From: Candidatus Eiseniibacteriota bacterium
GTDB lineage: Bacteria; Eisenbacteria; RBG-16-71-46
DNA: 59,207 nt
Assembly (NCBI GenBank): GCA_025357055.1
Contig: JANXPZ010000130.1
Span: 1-59,207 of the forward strand
Direction of reading: 5' to 3'
Positions 1 through 8,917 of this stretch are shown here, piece by piece. A program made the translations under genes and the position numbers. The notes below the pieces were generated by a model, which worked only from the letters and a program-made list of their open reading frames with translations, had not been told where the DNA came from and ran no database searches. Every line of letters begins with the position of its first letter. Position 1 is the first letter of the stretch.

Positions 1-1
1 C

Positions 2-2122
2 AACGGCTCGATCGCGCTGTCGAACCTGCTGCCGGCCGCCGACGGCAACCTGTCGGTCTCGAACGGCGACCGGATCACGGCGAGCTACGTCGACGCGACC
101 TACTCCGCCACGCTCACCACGCAGGCGACGGTCAGCATCGACCCTCCGATCATCACCAACGTGCGCGCGACGTCGCAGGGCGTGACCGGCACGCTGGTGA
201 GCTGGACCACCGATCGCAGCGCGAACTCGCGCGTGTACTGGGGCGCGACGCCCGCGCTGGAGCTGGGTTCCGTCAGCGCCGGCGATTTCGCGTTCGCGCA
301 CGGGGTGCTGCTGACCGGGCTGGCGCCGGGGCAGACGTACTTCTACGACGTCGAGTCCGTCGGCCTCACCGGCGGCAGCGCGCGAGACGACCTCGGCGGG
401 GCGCACCGCCTGTTCACCGCGAAGGGCCAGGGCGACATCCTGCTGCTGCTGGGAGCCGCGGACTTCCCGCGCGCTTCGACGTGGACCGCGGCGCTGAACG
501 CGCTCGGCTACGACTACGACGTATGGAGCGGTGCCACCGCCGACGCGGCCAGCGTGGGCGACCTGGCGGCCGGCCTGCGTTCGTACAAGGCGGTGCTGTG
601 GCAGGTGGGCAACAACACCTACCCCGGCTTCTCCGACTCGCAGCGCGCGTCGATCGACTCGCTGCTCGCCGGCGGTGGCCGTCTGATGGTGACGGGCCAC
701 GACATCGGCTGGGGCCTGGTGGATCCGACATCGCCCGGCTACACGGCCGAGCGTGCCGCGTGGGTGCAGTCGTCGCTGCGCGTGCGCTACAAGCTCGATC
801 CCACGCTGTTCGACCGCACGGACGGATTCGCGGGCGACCCGGTCTCGGGCACGTACACGACCGGCCCGAGCTACGAGGCGTGGGGCGCGAATGGCCAGTC
901 GGGTGATGAGATCGGCACGTTCTTCGATCCGGCCGTCAACTCCGCGGGGCTGTGGAAGGACAACTACACCCCCGACACCTGCGCGATCCGCTGGGAGGCC
1001 GTGGCCCCCGGCGGCAGCGCGGCGAGCGCGTTCTGGGGCGGGCAGCCGAGCCGCCTGCTCGCCTACTTCTTCGAGTTCACGGGCATGGTCTCGCCGGCGG
1101 CGACGCCGTCCGCGACCCGCAACGACATCCTCGACCGCTCGATCCAGTGGCTGCTGGGCCGCAATCGCCCCGCGGTCACGATCACCTCGCCGAACGGCGG
1201 CGAGGTGCTGACCACGACCACCGTGGACCTGACGTGGAGCGAGACGGTGAGCCCGGGCCTGGGTGTGGGCGCGCGCACGATCGAGTACTCGCTCGACGGG
1301 GGCGACTCGTGGATCACGCTCACCACCAACGCGGGCGGGAGCCCGTACGCGTGGAACACGGCCGGCGTCCCGAACTCCGCGGACCTCAGGATCCGCGTGC
1401 GGGTCGTCGACGACGGCACCCCGGCGCTGTCGGGCGCGGACGTGTCGGATGCCGGCTGCCGGCTGCAGCGCGCGGGCGCGGACACGCAGGGTCCGGTGAT
1501 CGTGCCCGGCTCGATCCGGTCCACGCCGAATCCCCTCGTGATCGCGAGCCCCGCCACGCTGTCCGCGCGCGGGACGGACGTCCGGACGGGCGGGGCGAAC
1601 ATCGCCGCCGCGGAGTACTCGATCGGAGTCAGCCCGGCGGTCGCGGGCAGCGGCACGGCGATGACGAGCACGTTCGACTCGGCCACGGTGAACCTGGGTG
1701 CGGCCCTCAACACGAGCCTGATCGCTAGCGGCGATCGCACGATCTGGGTGCGCGCGCAGGACGCCAGCGGCAACTGGGGAGCCGCGAGCGCGTTCGCGGT
1801 GCGCGTGAACGGCACCGACCTGGTCTCGGTGGACGAGACCCCGAAGGTCACGTTCCTCGCCCCCGCAGCACCCAACCCGTCCGCCGGGGCGCTGCGACTG
1901 CGCTTCGGGTTCGCGCGCCCGAGCGTCGCCGACCTGGCGATCTTCGATGCCGCGGGCCGCCGCGTACGCACGGTGGCGAGCGGTCCCTACGGCCCGGGCA
2001 GGTATTCGATCTCGTGGGACGGTCGGGATGCCTCCGGCGGCCCGGCGGCGCCCGGCCTGTACTTCGTGCGCCTCAGGGCCGACGACGCCACATTGGAGCG
2101 GCGCATCGTCCGGCTGAACTGA
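2..2122 (+). CDS. 5'-truncated large secreted multidomain protein (FN3-like, alpha/beta and Ig-like domains, C-terminal FlgD/T9SS-type-A-like sorting domain)
   Basis: Frame is open from base 2, so the gene starts upstream of the window. C-terminus APNPSAG..LAIFDAAGRRVRT..WDGRDASG..PGLYFVRL..RRIVRLN is a typical FlgD-Ig/T9SS CTD. No catalytic domain is visible in the window. Confidence 0.8.
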   Translation, partial: NGSIALSNLLPAADGNLSVSNGDRITASYVDATYSATLTTQATVSIDPPIITNVRATSQGVTGTLVSWTTDRSANSRVYWGATPALELGSVSAGDFAFAHGVLLTGLAPGQTYFYDVESVGLTGGSARDDLGGAHRLFTAKGQGDILLLLGAADFPRASTWTAALNALGYDYDVWSGATADAASVGDLAAGLRSYKAVLWQVGNNTYPGFSDSQRASIDSLLAGGGRLMVTGHDIGWGLVDPTSPGYTAERAAWVQSSLRVRYKLDPTLFDRTDGFAGDPVSGTYTTGPSYEAWGANGQSGDEIGTFFDPAVNSAGLWKDNYTPDTCAIRWEAVAPGGSAASAFWGGQPSRLLAYFFEFTGMVSPAATPSATRNDILDRSIQWLLGRNRPAVTITSPNGGEVLTTTTVDLTWSETVSPGLGVGARTIEYSLDGGDSWITLTTNAGGSPYAWNTAGVPNSADLRIRVRVVDDGTPALSGADVSDAGCRLQRAGADTQGPVIVPGSIRSTPNPLVIASPATLSARGTDVRTGGANIAAAEYSIGVSPAVAGSGTAMTSTFDSATVNLGAALNTSLIASGDRTIWVRAQDASGNWGAASAFAVRVNGTDLVSVDETPKVTFLAPAAPNPSAGALRLRFGFARPSVADLAIFDAAGRRVRTVASGPYGPGRYSISWDGRDASGGPAAPGLYFVRLRADDATLERRIVRLN

Positions 2123-2225
2123 TCCATCGGGGCGGCCGGGGCTCGGCGGGCGCGCACGCGACGCCCGGGCCCCGGTACGAGCCCGAAGGCTCCAGGTCCG
2201 GGTGGCGGACCCGGCTGCGGACGGC

Positions 2226-3131
2226 CTACTGCTCCTCGGGATCGTACGGCACGCCGACCGCGCGCGGGGCCACGGCGCGGCCGATGAAGCCTGCCAGTGC
2301 GAGCATCGTGACCAGGTAGGGCATCATCTGCAGCAGCTCGTTGGGGAAGCGCGAGCCCTGCAGGGTGATCTGCAGCGCTTCGGCGGCGCCGAACAGCAGG
2401 CACGCCGCGGCCGCTCCGAACGGGGACCACTTGCCCACGATCATCGCAGCCAGGGCGATGTAGCCCCGCCCGCCGGTCATGCCGTCGGTGAACGAGTGCT
2501 GTTCACTGGCCAGCCACGCCCCGGCGAGCCCTGCCAGGGCGCCCGAGGCGAGCACGCCGGCGATGCGGTAGGCGCTCACCGAGAGCCCCAGCGTGGCCGC
2601 CGCCTCGGGCCGCTCGCCGATGCTGCGCAGGCGCAGTCCGAAGACCGAACGGAAGAGCAGCCACTGTCCGCCCAGCACCAGGGCCACGGTGATCATCACC
2701 AGCGGCGTGGCGAGGACCTGGCCGATGCCCGGCAGGTTCACGAGGCCGGCCAGGTCCCAGGTCGGCAGGCCCACCACGCGCGAGGAGTTCGACGACGAGT
2801 GGAAGACCTGCGTGAGCACGAACTTGGTCAGCCCGGCGGCGAGCAGGTTGATGCCGAGGCCGCTGGTGATCTGGTCCGCGCGGGCCACGACCGTGACCAG
2901 CGCGTGCAGAGCCCCGGTCGCGATGCCGGCGGCGAGCGCCGCGGCCACGCCCATCCAGGCGTTCCCGGTGAAGTGGGCCCCGAGCACGTAGGCCAGGGCG
3001 CCGTTCAGCATCATGCCCTCGAGCGCGATGTTGACCACGCCCCCGCGCTCGTTGATGGAGGCGCCCAGCGCGGCGAGCGTGTAGGGCACGCTGATGCGCA
3101 GCGTGGCGGCGAGGAACAGGAGCAGGATCAC
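2226..3131 (-). CDS. Nucleoside/simple-sugar ABC transporter permease (NupC/YufQ-like)
   Basis: Motifs ERGGVVNIALEGMML, FGLRLRSIGERPEAA and GRGYIALAAMIVGKW. Start set at GTG 3131; the longer ORF extension runs through a repeat region. Confidence 0.9.
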   Translation of the reverse strand: MILLLFLAATLRISVPYTLAALGASINERGGVVNIALEGMMLNGALAYVLGAHFTGNAWMGVAAALAAGIATGALHALVTVVARADQITSGLGINLLAAGLTKFVLTQVFHSSSNSSRVVGLPTWDLAGLVNLPGIGQVLATPLVMITVALVLGGQWLLFRSVFGLRLRSIGERPEAAATLGLSVSAYRIAGVLASGALAGLAGAWLASEQHSFTDGMTGGRGYIALAAMIVGKWSPFGAAAACLLFGAAEALQITLQGSRFPNELLQMMPYLVTMLALAGFIGRAVAPRAVGVPYDPEEQ

Positions 3132-3224
3132 GCCCGCAGTCCAGCACGCCGCGCAAGGGCGGTCAAGCGGACGTGCCAGGAAGTGAGCGGAAGAGCATCG
3201 CCGATGGCCCCACGTGAGTACGGT

Positions 3225-3411
3225 GGTCCGGTGAGGTGGCGGGGAGCCCGCAGCGAGGGTCCGGGCCCTGGCTGACGCAGGATGCGGCAGCCAGGGAATT
3301 GCCCGGGAGCGAGCACGGCCAGGATGGCCGCGCGCAGCGGCCTCGCGGAGGGCTCCCCGCCACCTCACCGGACCGCCCTCCGAAGCGGGCTCCCCGCCGC
3401 CTCACCGGACC
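3225..3411. repeat. 25-bp perfect inverted repeat (3225-3249 / 3350-3374) enclosing internal hairpins, plus a third near-identical copy at 3387-3411
   Basis: GGTCCGGTGAGGTGGCGGGGAGCCC and its exact reverse complement are read directly; the third copy has one mismatch. Confidence 0.9.
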
Positions 3412-3445
3412 GCTACGCCAGACCGTTGTGGGCTTCCCGCGCCGC

Positions 3446-3910
3446 TCAGTTCCGGGCCGCGAGCAGCTCCTCGCTGATCAGCAGCGCGGCCTCGCGCACG
3501 GCGCACTCGACCGGGAAGGAGAGCCGCGTGCCGAGGCCGAAGTCCGTCCCCTCGATGCCGAAGATCACGAGCGAGGGGGGCAGCTGGTCCAGCGAGCGGG
3601 CCAGCTCGACCGCCTCGGCCAGGCCCAGGCCATGCGAGGAGCCGCGGAAGAGCTCGGCGTTCAGCGGGCCCCGCGAGGCGTCCAGGCGCCGCACCGTCCC
3701 GGCGGGTGAGCCGGAGGACATGGCGTCCACCACCACGACCACGGGCTCGCCCTGCCAGGCCTCGATCAGCGCGGCCGCACCTCCGGCGCACTCGATCACC
3801 CGGGCCTGCGGCCACAGCAATGCCCGCACCAGCCGGGCGGCACGCACGCCCGCGGCATCGTCGCAGCGGCCCTCGTGGCCGACGCCGATCAGCAGCGGCG
3901 CGTCCGTCAT
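3446..3910 (-). CDS. Hydrogenase maturation endopeptidase (HycI/HybD family)
   Basis: [26 protein letters not shown] and IFGIEG motifs; ATGA overlap with the large-subunit stop. Confidence 0.88.
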   Translation of the reverse strand: MTDAPLLIGVGHEGRCDDAAGVRAARLVRALLWPQARVIECAGGAAALIEAWQGEPVVVVVDAMSSGSPAGTVRRLDASRGPLNAELFRGSSHGLGLAEAVELARSLDQLPPSLVIFGIEGTDFGLGTRLSFPVECAVREAALLISEELLAARN

Positions 3911-5229
3911 CCCTCCACCCGGCGCAGCTTCAGGAAGTGCGTCGCACACGAGATGCAGGGGTCGTAGTTGCGCACCGCCTGCTCGCACTGCCAGGTGAGT
4001 GTCGCGTCGTCCAGCCCGAGCCGGGCCTCGATGAACTTCCAGAGATCGTCCTCGATGGATCTCTGGTTCTGCGAAGTCGGCGGGATGATCCTCGCCTCGG
4101 CGATGCTGCCGTCCGCCGCGATGCGATAGCGATGGACCAGCAGCCCGCGCGGGGCCTCGGTCGCGCCCACGCCCGTGCCGGCGCGAGGCTCGACCGGGAC
4201 CGCTGGCGCGTCCGGCGGCTCGTACGTGGCGACGATGCGCAGCGCCTCCTCGACCGCCCACAGCGTCTCGACCGAGCGCACCAGGATGCCGTGGAACGGA
4301 TTGCGGCACACCGGGCCCAGGCCCGCGTCGCGCGCGGCCTGCTGGGCGGCGGGCGTGAGGCGGTCGAAGTTGAGGCTGTAGCGGGCGAGCGGGCCGACCA
4401 GGTAGGGCTTCAACGCGCCGGGATCGCCCTCCTGCGGCGCGCGCTTCGCGCCACGCAGCGCGTTCGAGTGCTGGGCGTGCTCCTCGGTGAAGTGCCGTTC
4501 GTACTCGGACGCCGGGATCTCGAGCCCCAGGCTCGAGACGATCCGTCCCTCGTTGATCGGATACTCCAGCGGATGGCGCAGCGCGACGAACTCGTAGTCG
4601 CGCTCGAACTCGGGGAACTCGAAGCCCTTCACCCAGTCCAGCATGGCGAGCGCCTGCTCGCGGGCGCGCTCGAGCGGCTCGACCAGGGCGTGCAGTTCGC
4701 GCTTCGTCGGTGTGCGGTAGAAGCCGCCCACGCGCACGTTGATGGGGTGGATCTCGCGTCCGCCCAGCAGCGCCACGATGGCGTTGCCGGTCTTCTTGAG
4801 CGCCAGCCCGTTCGTCACGTGGCCGGCGTGGTCCTTCGCCATGTGGACGGCGCTCGGATACCCCAGGAAATCGGGGGCGTGGAGCATGACCACGTGCAGG
4901 GCGTGGCTCTCGATCCACTCGCCGCAGTAGAGCAGGCGCCGCAGTTCGCGCAGCGGGCCGTCGACGGTCACTCCGCAGGCGGCCTCCATGGCGTGGACGG
5001 AGCTCATCTGGTAGGCCACCGGGCAGATGCCGCAGATGCGGGCGGTGATGTCGGGTGCCTCGGTGAACCGGCGTCCGCGCAGGAACGCCTCGAACAGGCG
5101 CGGCGGCTCGAAGATGCGGAACTTCACGTCGGTCACGCGGCCATTGCGCACGCGCACTTCCAGCCCGCCCTCGCCCTCGACGCGGGCCAGCATCGCCACC
5201 TTGATGTTGCGGCTCCTACGGTCGCTCAT
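3907..5229 (-). CDS. hydA: Group 3b [NiFe]-hydrogenase (sulfhydrogenase-type) large/alpha subunit
   Basis: ARVEGEG, L1 RICGIC, EAPRG and L2 [10 protein letters not shown] followed by a short cleavable C-terminal tail. Confidence 0.93.
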   Translation of the reverse strand: MSDRRSRNIKVAMLARVEGEGGLEVRVRNGRVTDVKFRIFEPPRLFEAFLRGRRFTEAPDITARICGICPVAYQMSSVHAMEAACGVTVDGPLRELRRLLYCGEWIESHALHVVMLHAPDFLGYPSAVHMAKDHAGHVTNGLALKKTGNAIVALLGGREIHPINVRVGGFYRTPTKRELHALVEPLERAREQALAMLDWVKGFEFPEFERDYEFVALRHPLEYPINEGRIVSSLGLEIPASEYERHFTEEHAQHSNALRGAKRAPQEGDPGALKPYLVGPLARYSLNFDRLTPAAQQAARDAGLGPVCRNPFHGILVRSVETLWAVEEALRIVATYEPPDAPAVPVEPRAGTGVGATEAPRGLLVHRYRIAADGSIAEARIIPPTSQNQRSIEDDLWKFIEARLGLDDATLTWQCEQAVRNYDPCISCATHFLKLRRVEG

Positions 5230-6025
5230 GGGACTCGCTCGCATCGTGCTCATGCAGTTCGCTCGCCTTGCGGAAGGCCTCGGCGCCGCAGGTGAAGGTG
5301 CGGAAGAGCCGCATCAGCTCCTCGTGAGAATGACCGTGGCCCTGGAGCACCGCGCTCAGGGAGCCGGTGTTGGCGCTGCCGCGCAGGGGACCGAAGCACC
5401 CGAAGCAGCCGCGCCCGTAGGAAGGACACAGGGCCCCGCAGCCGGTGCGCGTCACGGGGCCGAGGCAGGCCTCGCCGCGGGCCACCGTCAGGCACACCAC
5501 GCCGCGCCGCTTGCAGTCCATGCAGACCGCGTGGCTGGGCAGGAACGGGCGACGTCCGCTGATGAACGCCAGCACCACCTCGAGCAGCTGGTGCTTGTTC
5601 ACCGGGCAGCCCTGCAGCTCGTAGTCCACCTTGACGTGGTGCGAGATGGGCGTGGAGGTCTTGAGCGTCTGGATCCAGTCCGGCGTGGGGTAGACCAGGG
5701 GCACCCAGCTGCCGACCTCGGCGAAATTGCGCAGCGCCTGGATCCCGCCGGCGGTGGCGCAGGCGCCGATGCTGACGAGCACCTTCGAGTCGCGGCGCAC
5801 GGCGTGGATGCGCTCGGCGTCGTGCGGGGTGGTGATCGAGCCCTCGACCAGGGTGAGGTCGTAGGGGCCCCTCAGCACCGCCCGCGACGCCTCCGGGAAG
5901 TTGGCGATCTCCACGGCGCCGGCGACGGCGAGCAGCTCGTCCTCGCAGTCGAGGATGCTCAGCTGGCAGCCGTCGCACGAGGCGAACTTGATGACGGCGA
6001 GGCGGGGCTTGCGCGGGGCGGCCAC
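5216..6025 (-). CDS. hydD: Group 3b [NiFe]-hydrogenase small/delta subunit
   Basis: [52 protein letters not shown]. Confidence 0.92.
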   Translation of the reverse strand: MAAPRKPRLAVIKFASCDGCQLSILDCEDELLAVAGAVEIANFPEASRAVLRGPYDLTLVEGSITTPHDAERIHAVRRDSKVLVSIGACATAGGIQALRNFAEVGSWVPLVYPTPDWIQTLKTSTPISHHVKVDYELQGCPVNKHQLLEVVLAFISGRRPFLPSHAVCMDCKRRGVVCLTVARGEACLGPVTRTGCGALCPSYGRGCFGCFGPLRGSANTGSLSAVLQGHGHSHEELMRLFRTFTCGAEAFRKASELHEHDASESHERP

Positions 6026-6026
6026 C

Positions 6027-6899
6027 TCACACCTCCCGGATGCCGAGCAGCGGCGCCACCCGGTCGTAGCGGAACACCGGCCCGTCCTTGCAGACGAACA
6101 GCGGGCCGAACTGGCAGTGGCCGCAGAAGCCGACCCCGCACTTCATGTTCCGCTCCATCGAGACCCAGACGCTCTCGTCGGGCACGCCGTGGCGCTCCAG
6201 CTCGCGCTGGGTGAAGTGCATCATGATCTCGGGGCCGCAGATGAAGGCCACGGTGTTCGCCGGGTCGAACTGGGCCCGCGGGACGAGCGTCGTGACCACG
6301 CCCACGCGGCCGTGCCAGTCGGCTCCGGCGCGGTCCACGGTCACCTCGACGCTCACGTCGAAGCGGCCGCGCCAGGTCTCGATCTCCTTCGCGAACAGGA
6401 TGTCCTGGGGACTGCGGGCGCCGTACAGCAGGTTCACCCGCCCGAAGCGCTCGCGGTGCTCGAGCATGTGGCAGAGCGCCGGGCGCAGCGGCGCCAGGCC
6501 GATGCCGCCCGCCACGAGCAGCACGTCGCGCCCTTCGGCCAGGCCCACGGGCCAGGGCTTGCCGAAGGGGCCGCGCAGCCCGAGCACGTCGCCGCGCTTG
6601 AGGGTCCGCAGGGTCTTGGTCACGCGACCCGCCGCGCGGATGGTGTGCACGACCCGGTCCACCGTGCCCGAGCACCCGCTCATCGAGAGCGCCGCTTCGC
6701 CCACGCCCGGCGCGAAGAGCATGTTGAACTGCCCCGCCTCGAACGTGAACGGCGGGCCCGCCTCGACCGGGGCCAGCGTCAGCTTGAAGGCGTCGTGGGT
6801 CTCGGGCTCGGTGCGGACGACGCGCCAGGGCGCCGGCTGCATCGGGTCCGTTCGCGTCACGTTCGGGGTGGGGGCTGCGGCCGCGGCCCGTTCACTCAT
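6027..6899 (-). CDS. hydG: Group 3b hydrogenase gamma subunit (FAD/NAD(P)-binding, [2Fe-2S])
   Basis: [50 protein letters not shown]. Confidence 0.92.
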   Translation of the reverse strand: MSERAAAAAPTPNVTRTDPMQPAPWRVVRTEPETHDAFKLTLAPVEAGPPFTFEAGQFNMLFAPGVGEAALSMSGCSGTVDRVVHTIRAAGRVTKTLRTLKRGDVLGLRGPFGKPWPVGLAEGRDVLLVAGGIGLAPLRPALCHMLEHRERFGRVNLLYGARSPQDILFAKEIETWRGRFDVSVEVTVDRAGADWHGRVGVVTTLVPRAQFDPANTVAFICGPEIMMHFTQRELERHGVPDESVWVSMERNMKCGVGFCGHCQFGPLFVCKDGPVFRYDRVAPLLGIREV

Positions 6900-7365
6900 G
6901 TTCGCCGTCGTGGTCGCCGTAGAGGTCCAGGAGCTGGATGCTCATCGCCTCGAGCCGGCGCAGGATGAGCTGCGAGAAGCGCTGCATCAGCTCGTAGCCG
7001 AGCTCGGGGTCGTTCGCGAACTTCCCGCGCAGGCACTTGCCGTCGAACATCAGCACGCGCGTGGAGGTGACGGCGTGGATGTCGAAGCGCAGCTGGTAGG
7101 GCGGCACGAGCCACGACCAGCCGACGGCGTCGTTCTCGCCGATGGTCTGGACGGTGAGCTGCCCGCGGCCGGGGGCGTGGATCTCGAGCGCCACCCGGCC
7201 CTGCCGGATGATCCAGAACCGGTCGGCCGGTCCGCCGACGCGACCCATGAACTCACCGGCCTCGAAGCGCGCGTTCGCCGCGCAGCCGGTGATGATCTGG
7301 ATGTGCTCGGGCTTCAGCCCCTTGAAGAGCGGCAGCTCCGACACGATGGGTTCAAGCGTTTCCAC
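6892..7365 (-). CDS. Stand-alone cyclic-nucleotide-binding (Crp-like, no HTH) domain protein
   Basis: LPLFKGL, FWIIRQGRVAL and GWSWLVPPY fit a cNMP beta-barrel; 157 aa is too short to include an HTH. Overlaps both neighbours. Confidence 0.85.
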   Translation of the reverse strand: METLEPIVSELPLFKGLKPEHIQIITGCAANARFEAGEFMGRVGGPADRFWIIRQGRVALEIHAPGRGQLTVQTIGENDAVGWSWLVPPYQLRFDIHAVTSTRVLMFDGKCLRGKFANDPELGYELMQRFSQLILRRLEAMSIQLLDLYGDHDGEHE

Positions 7366-8512
7366 GTGATCCCTCCTTCCCGCGCTGGTCTTGACGCAGG
7401 GCGCGGGCTTCCTCGGTGATGTCGATCCCGGCCGGGCACCAGGTGATGCACCGGCCGCATCCGACGCAGCCCGACGAACCGAACTGCTCGTGCCAGGAGC
7501 CGAGCTTGTGGGTGAGCCACTGGCGGTAGCGCGAGCGGCTGGACGACCGCACGTTCCCGCCGTGGATGTAGGTGAAGTCCACCGAGAAGCAGGAGTCCCA
7601 GCGTCGCACCCGGCGACTCAGGCCGGCCGCGAGGTCGGTGAAGTCCTCGGTCGTGACGCAGAAGCAGGTCGGACAGACCGAGGTGCAGTTGCCGCACGCC
7701 AGGCAGCGCGCGGCGGTCACGTCCCAGTGCGGGTGCTCCGGGTTCCGCGCGAGCAGGGCGGGCAGGCCCTCGGTCTCGAGCGTGCGGCCCATCCCCGCGG
7801 TGGCGCGCGCCACGGCCGCCTGCACCGCGCCGGACTCGGCCGCCGTGGTGTCGGTGGCAGGCAGTTCGGCGAGGATCTCGCCGCCGCGCTCGCTGGCGGC
7901 CTCCGCCACGAACAGGTGACGACCGTCCTCGAGCAGCTCGGTCAGGACCAGGTCGTGCCCCGAGCGGACCTCGGGACCGGTGCCCATCGAGGCGCAGAAG
8001 CAGGTGCGGCCTGCACGGCCGCACTGCACCGCGATCAGCAGGGCGCCCTCGCGCCGCGCCCGGTAGACCGGGTCGGTCGGGGTGCCGCCGAGCAGGACGC
8101 GGTCCTGCACCGCGATGGCCGCCAGCTCGCAGGCGCGCAGACCGAAAAAAGCCAGTCGCGTGGGCTGCGGCACGCACTCCAGCAGTCGCAGGGCGGGGCC
8201 CTCGCGTCGCGCGTTCAGCAGCGTGACCGCCGCCGGATGCAGCGAGGCCTTGGGCGAAGCCGGCCCCACGGTCCAGTCGAAGAGCGCCGGTCCGTCGGAG
8301 CGGACCAGGCGGTAGCGCCCGGCCTCCTGCTCGTCGGTCCAGCCGGCAGGCAGTTCGTCCGGGGTCGAGAGCTCGTCCCAGACGATGGCGCCGTCGCGGG
8401 CCACCGGTCCCATGACCGTGTAGCCGCGGGCGCGCAGGACCTCGAAGAGCCGGTGCAGGTCCTTCCGCTCGATGGTGGACTGCCGTGTCGCCGCTGCCGG
8501 GCGTTGTTGCAT
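7352..8512 (-). CDS. hydB: Group 3b hydrogenase beta subunit (4Fe-4S, AsrA-like)
   Basis: [59 protein letters not shown] before ATG 8512. Confidence 0.92.
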   Translation of the reverse strand: MQQRPAAATRQSTIERKDLHRLFEVLRARGYTVMGPVARDGAIVWDELSTPDELPAGWTDEQEAGRYRLVRSDGPALFDWTVGPASPKASLHPAAVTLLNARREGPALRLLECVPQPTRLAFFGLRACELAAIAVQDRVLLGGTPTDPVYRARREGALLIAVQCGRAGRTCFCASMGTGPEVRSGHDLVLTELLEDGRHLFVAEAASERGGEILAELPATDTTAAESGAVQAAVARATAGMGRTLETEGLPALLARNPEHPHWDVTAARCLACGNCTSVCPTCFCVTTEDFTDLAAGLSRRVRRWDSCFSVDFTYIHGGNVRSSSRSRYRQWLTHKLGSWHEQFGSSGCVGCGRCITWCPAGIDITEEARALRQDQRGKEGSRGNA

Positions 8513-8602
8513 GGGTTCCTCGGGCTCGTGCGGGGGCAATGCCGCCACCCCCACGCGAGCACCTTCTGCCCCGCGTCGGGAAGCGGCCAAACTCGCAACA
8601 AA

Positions 8603-8617
8603 GGCACAACCTGTGCC
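8603..8617. promoter_or_regulatory. Palindrome GGCACA-acc-TGTGCC upstream of the hydrogenase operon; also fits sigma-54 GG-N10-GC spacing
   Basis: Read directly about 90 nt upstream of hydB; function is inferred. Confidence 0.35.
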
Positions 8618-8917
8618 GTTCGCGCGCCCGCCTGCAGGTCGCGCCAGCGGAGGGGCGGGAACCCACAAGTCCCGGTGTTCCAACGGACGCCGGGTCGGGC
8701 AGGGTCCGCCCGGGATACCGGGCCGGGCCCGCTCCTGACGCCCGTGGCCGGGCCGGGCGGCAGGGCATGACGCGGCTGACAGGCCGCCATCGAGCCGGGC
8801 GTGCCTTTCGAGGACCGCGCTCGCGGGCCAGGGTGATGGGCGAGCGAAACGTCGGTACGGGCCTGCTCGATGACCGCCTGCGCGCCGGCGAGGAACCGGC
8901 GCAGCCCGGCCCGTCTC

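Noticed and set aside
3225-3411. Three 25-bp repeats as a CRISPR array
   Set aside because: One copy is inverted, spacers are 100 and 12 bp, and no cas genes are present.
8581-8620. c-di-GMP-I riboswitch suggested by GCCAAAC..GCAACAAAGGC
   Set aside because: It lies on the strand opposite the hydrogenase mRNA and the two-stem GEMM architecture cannot be built.
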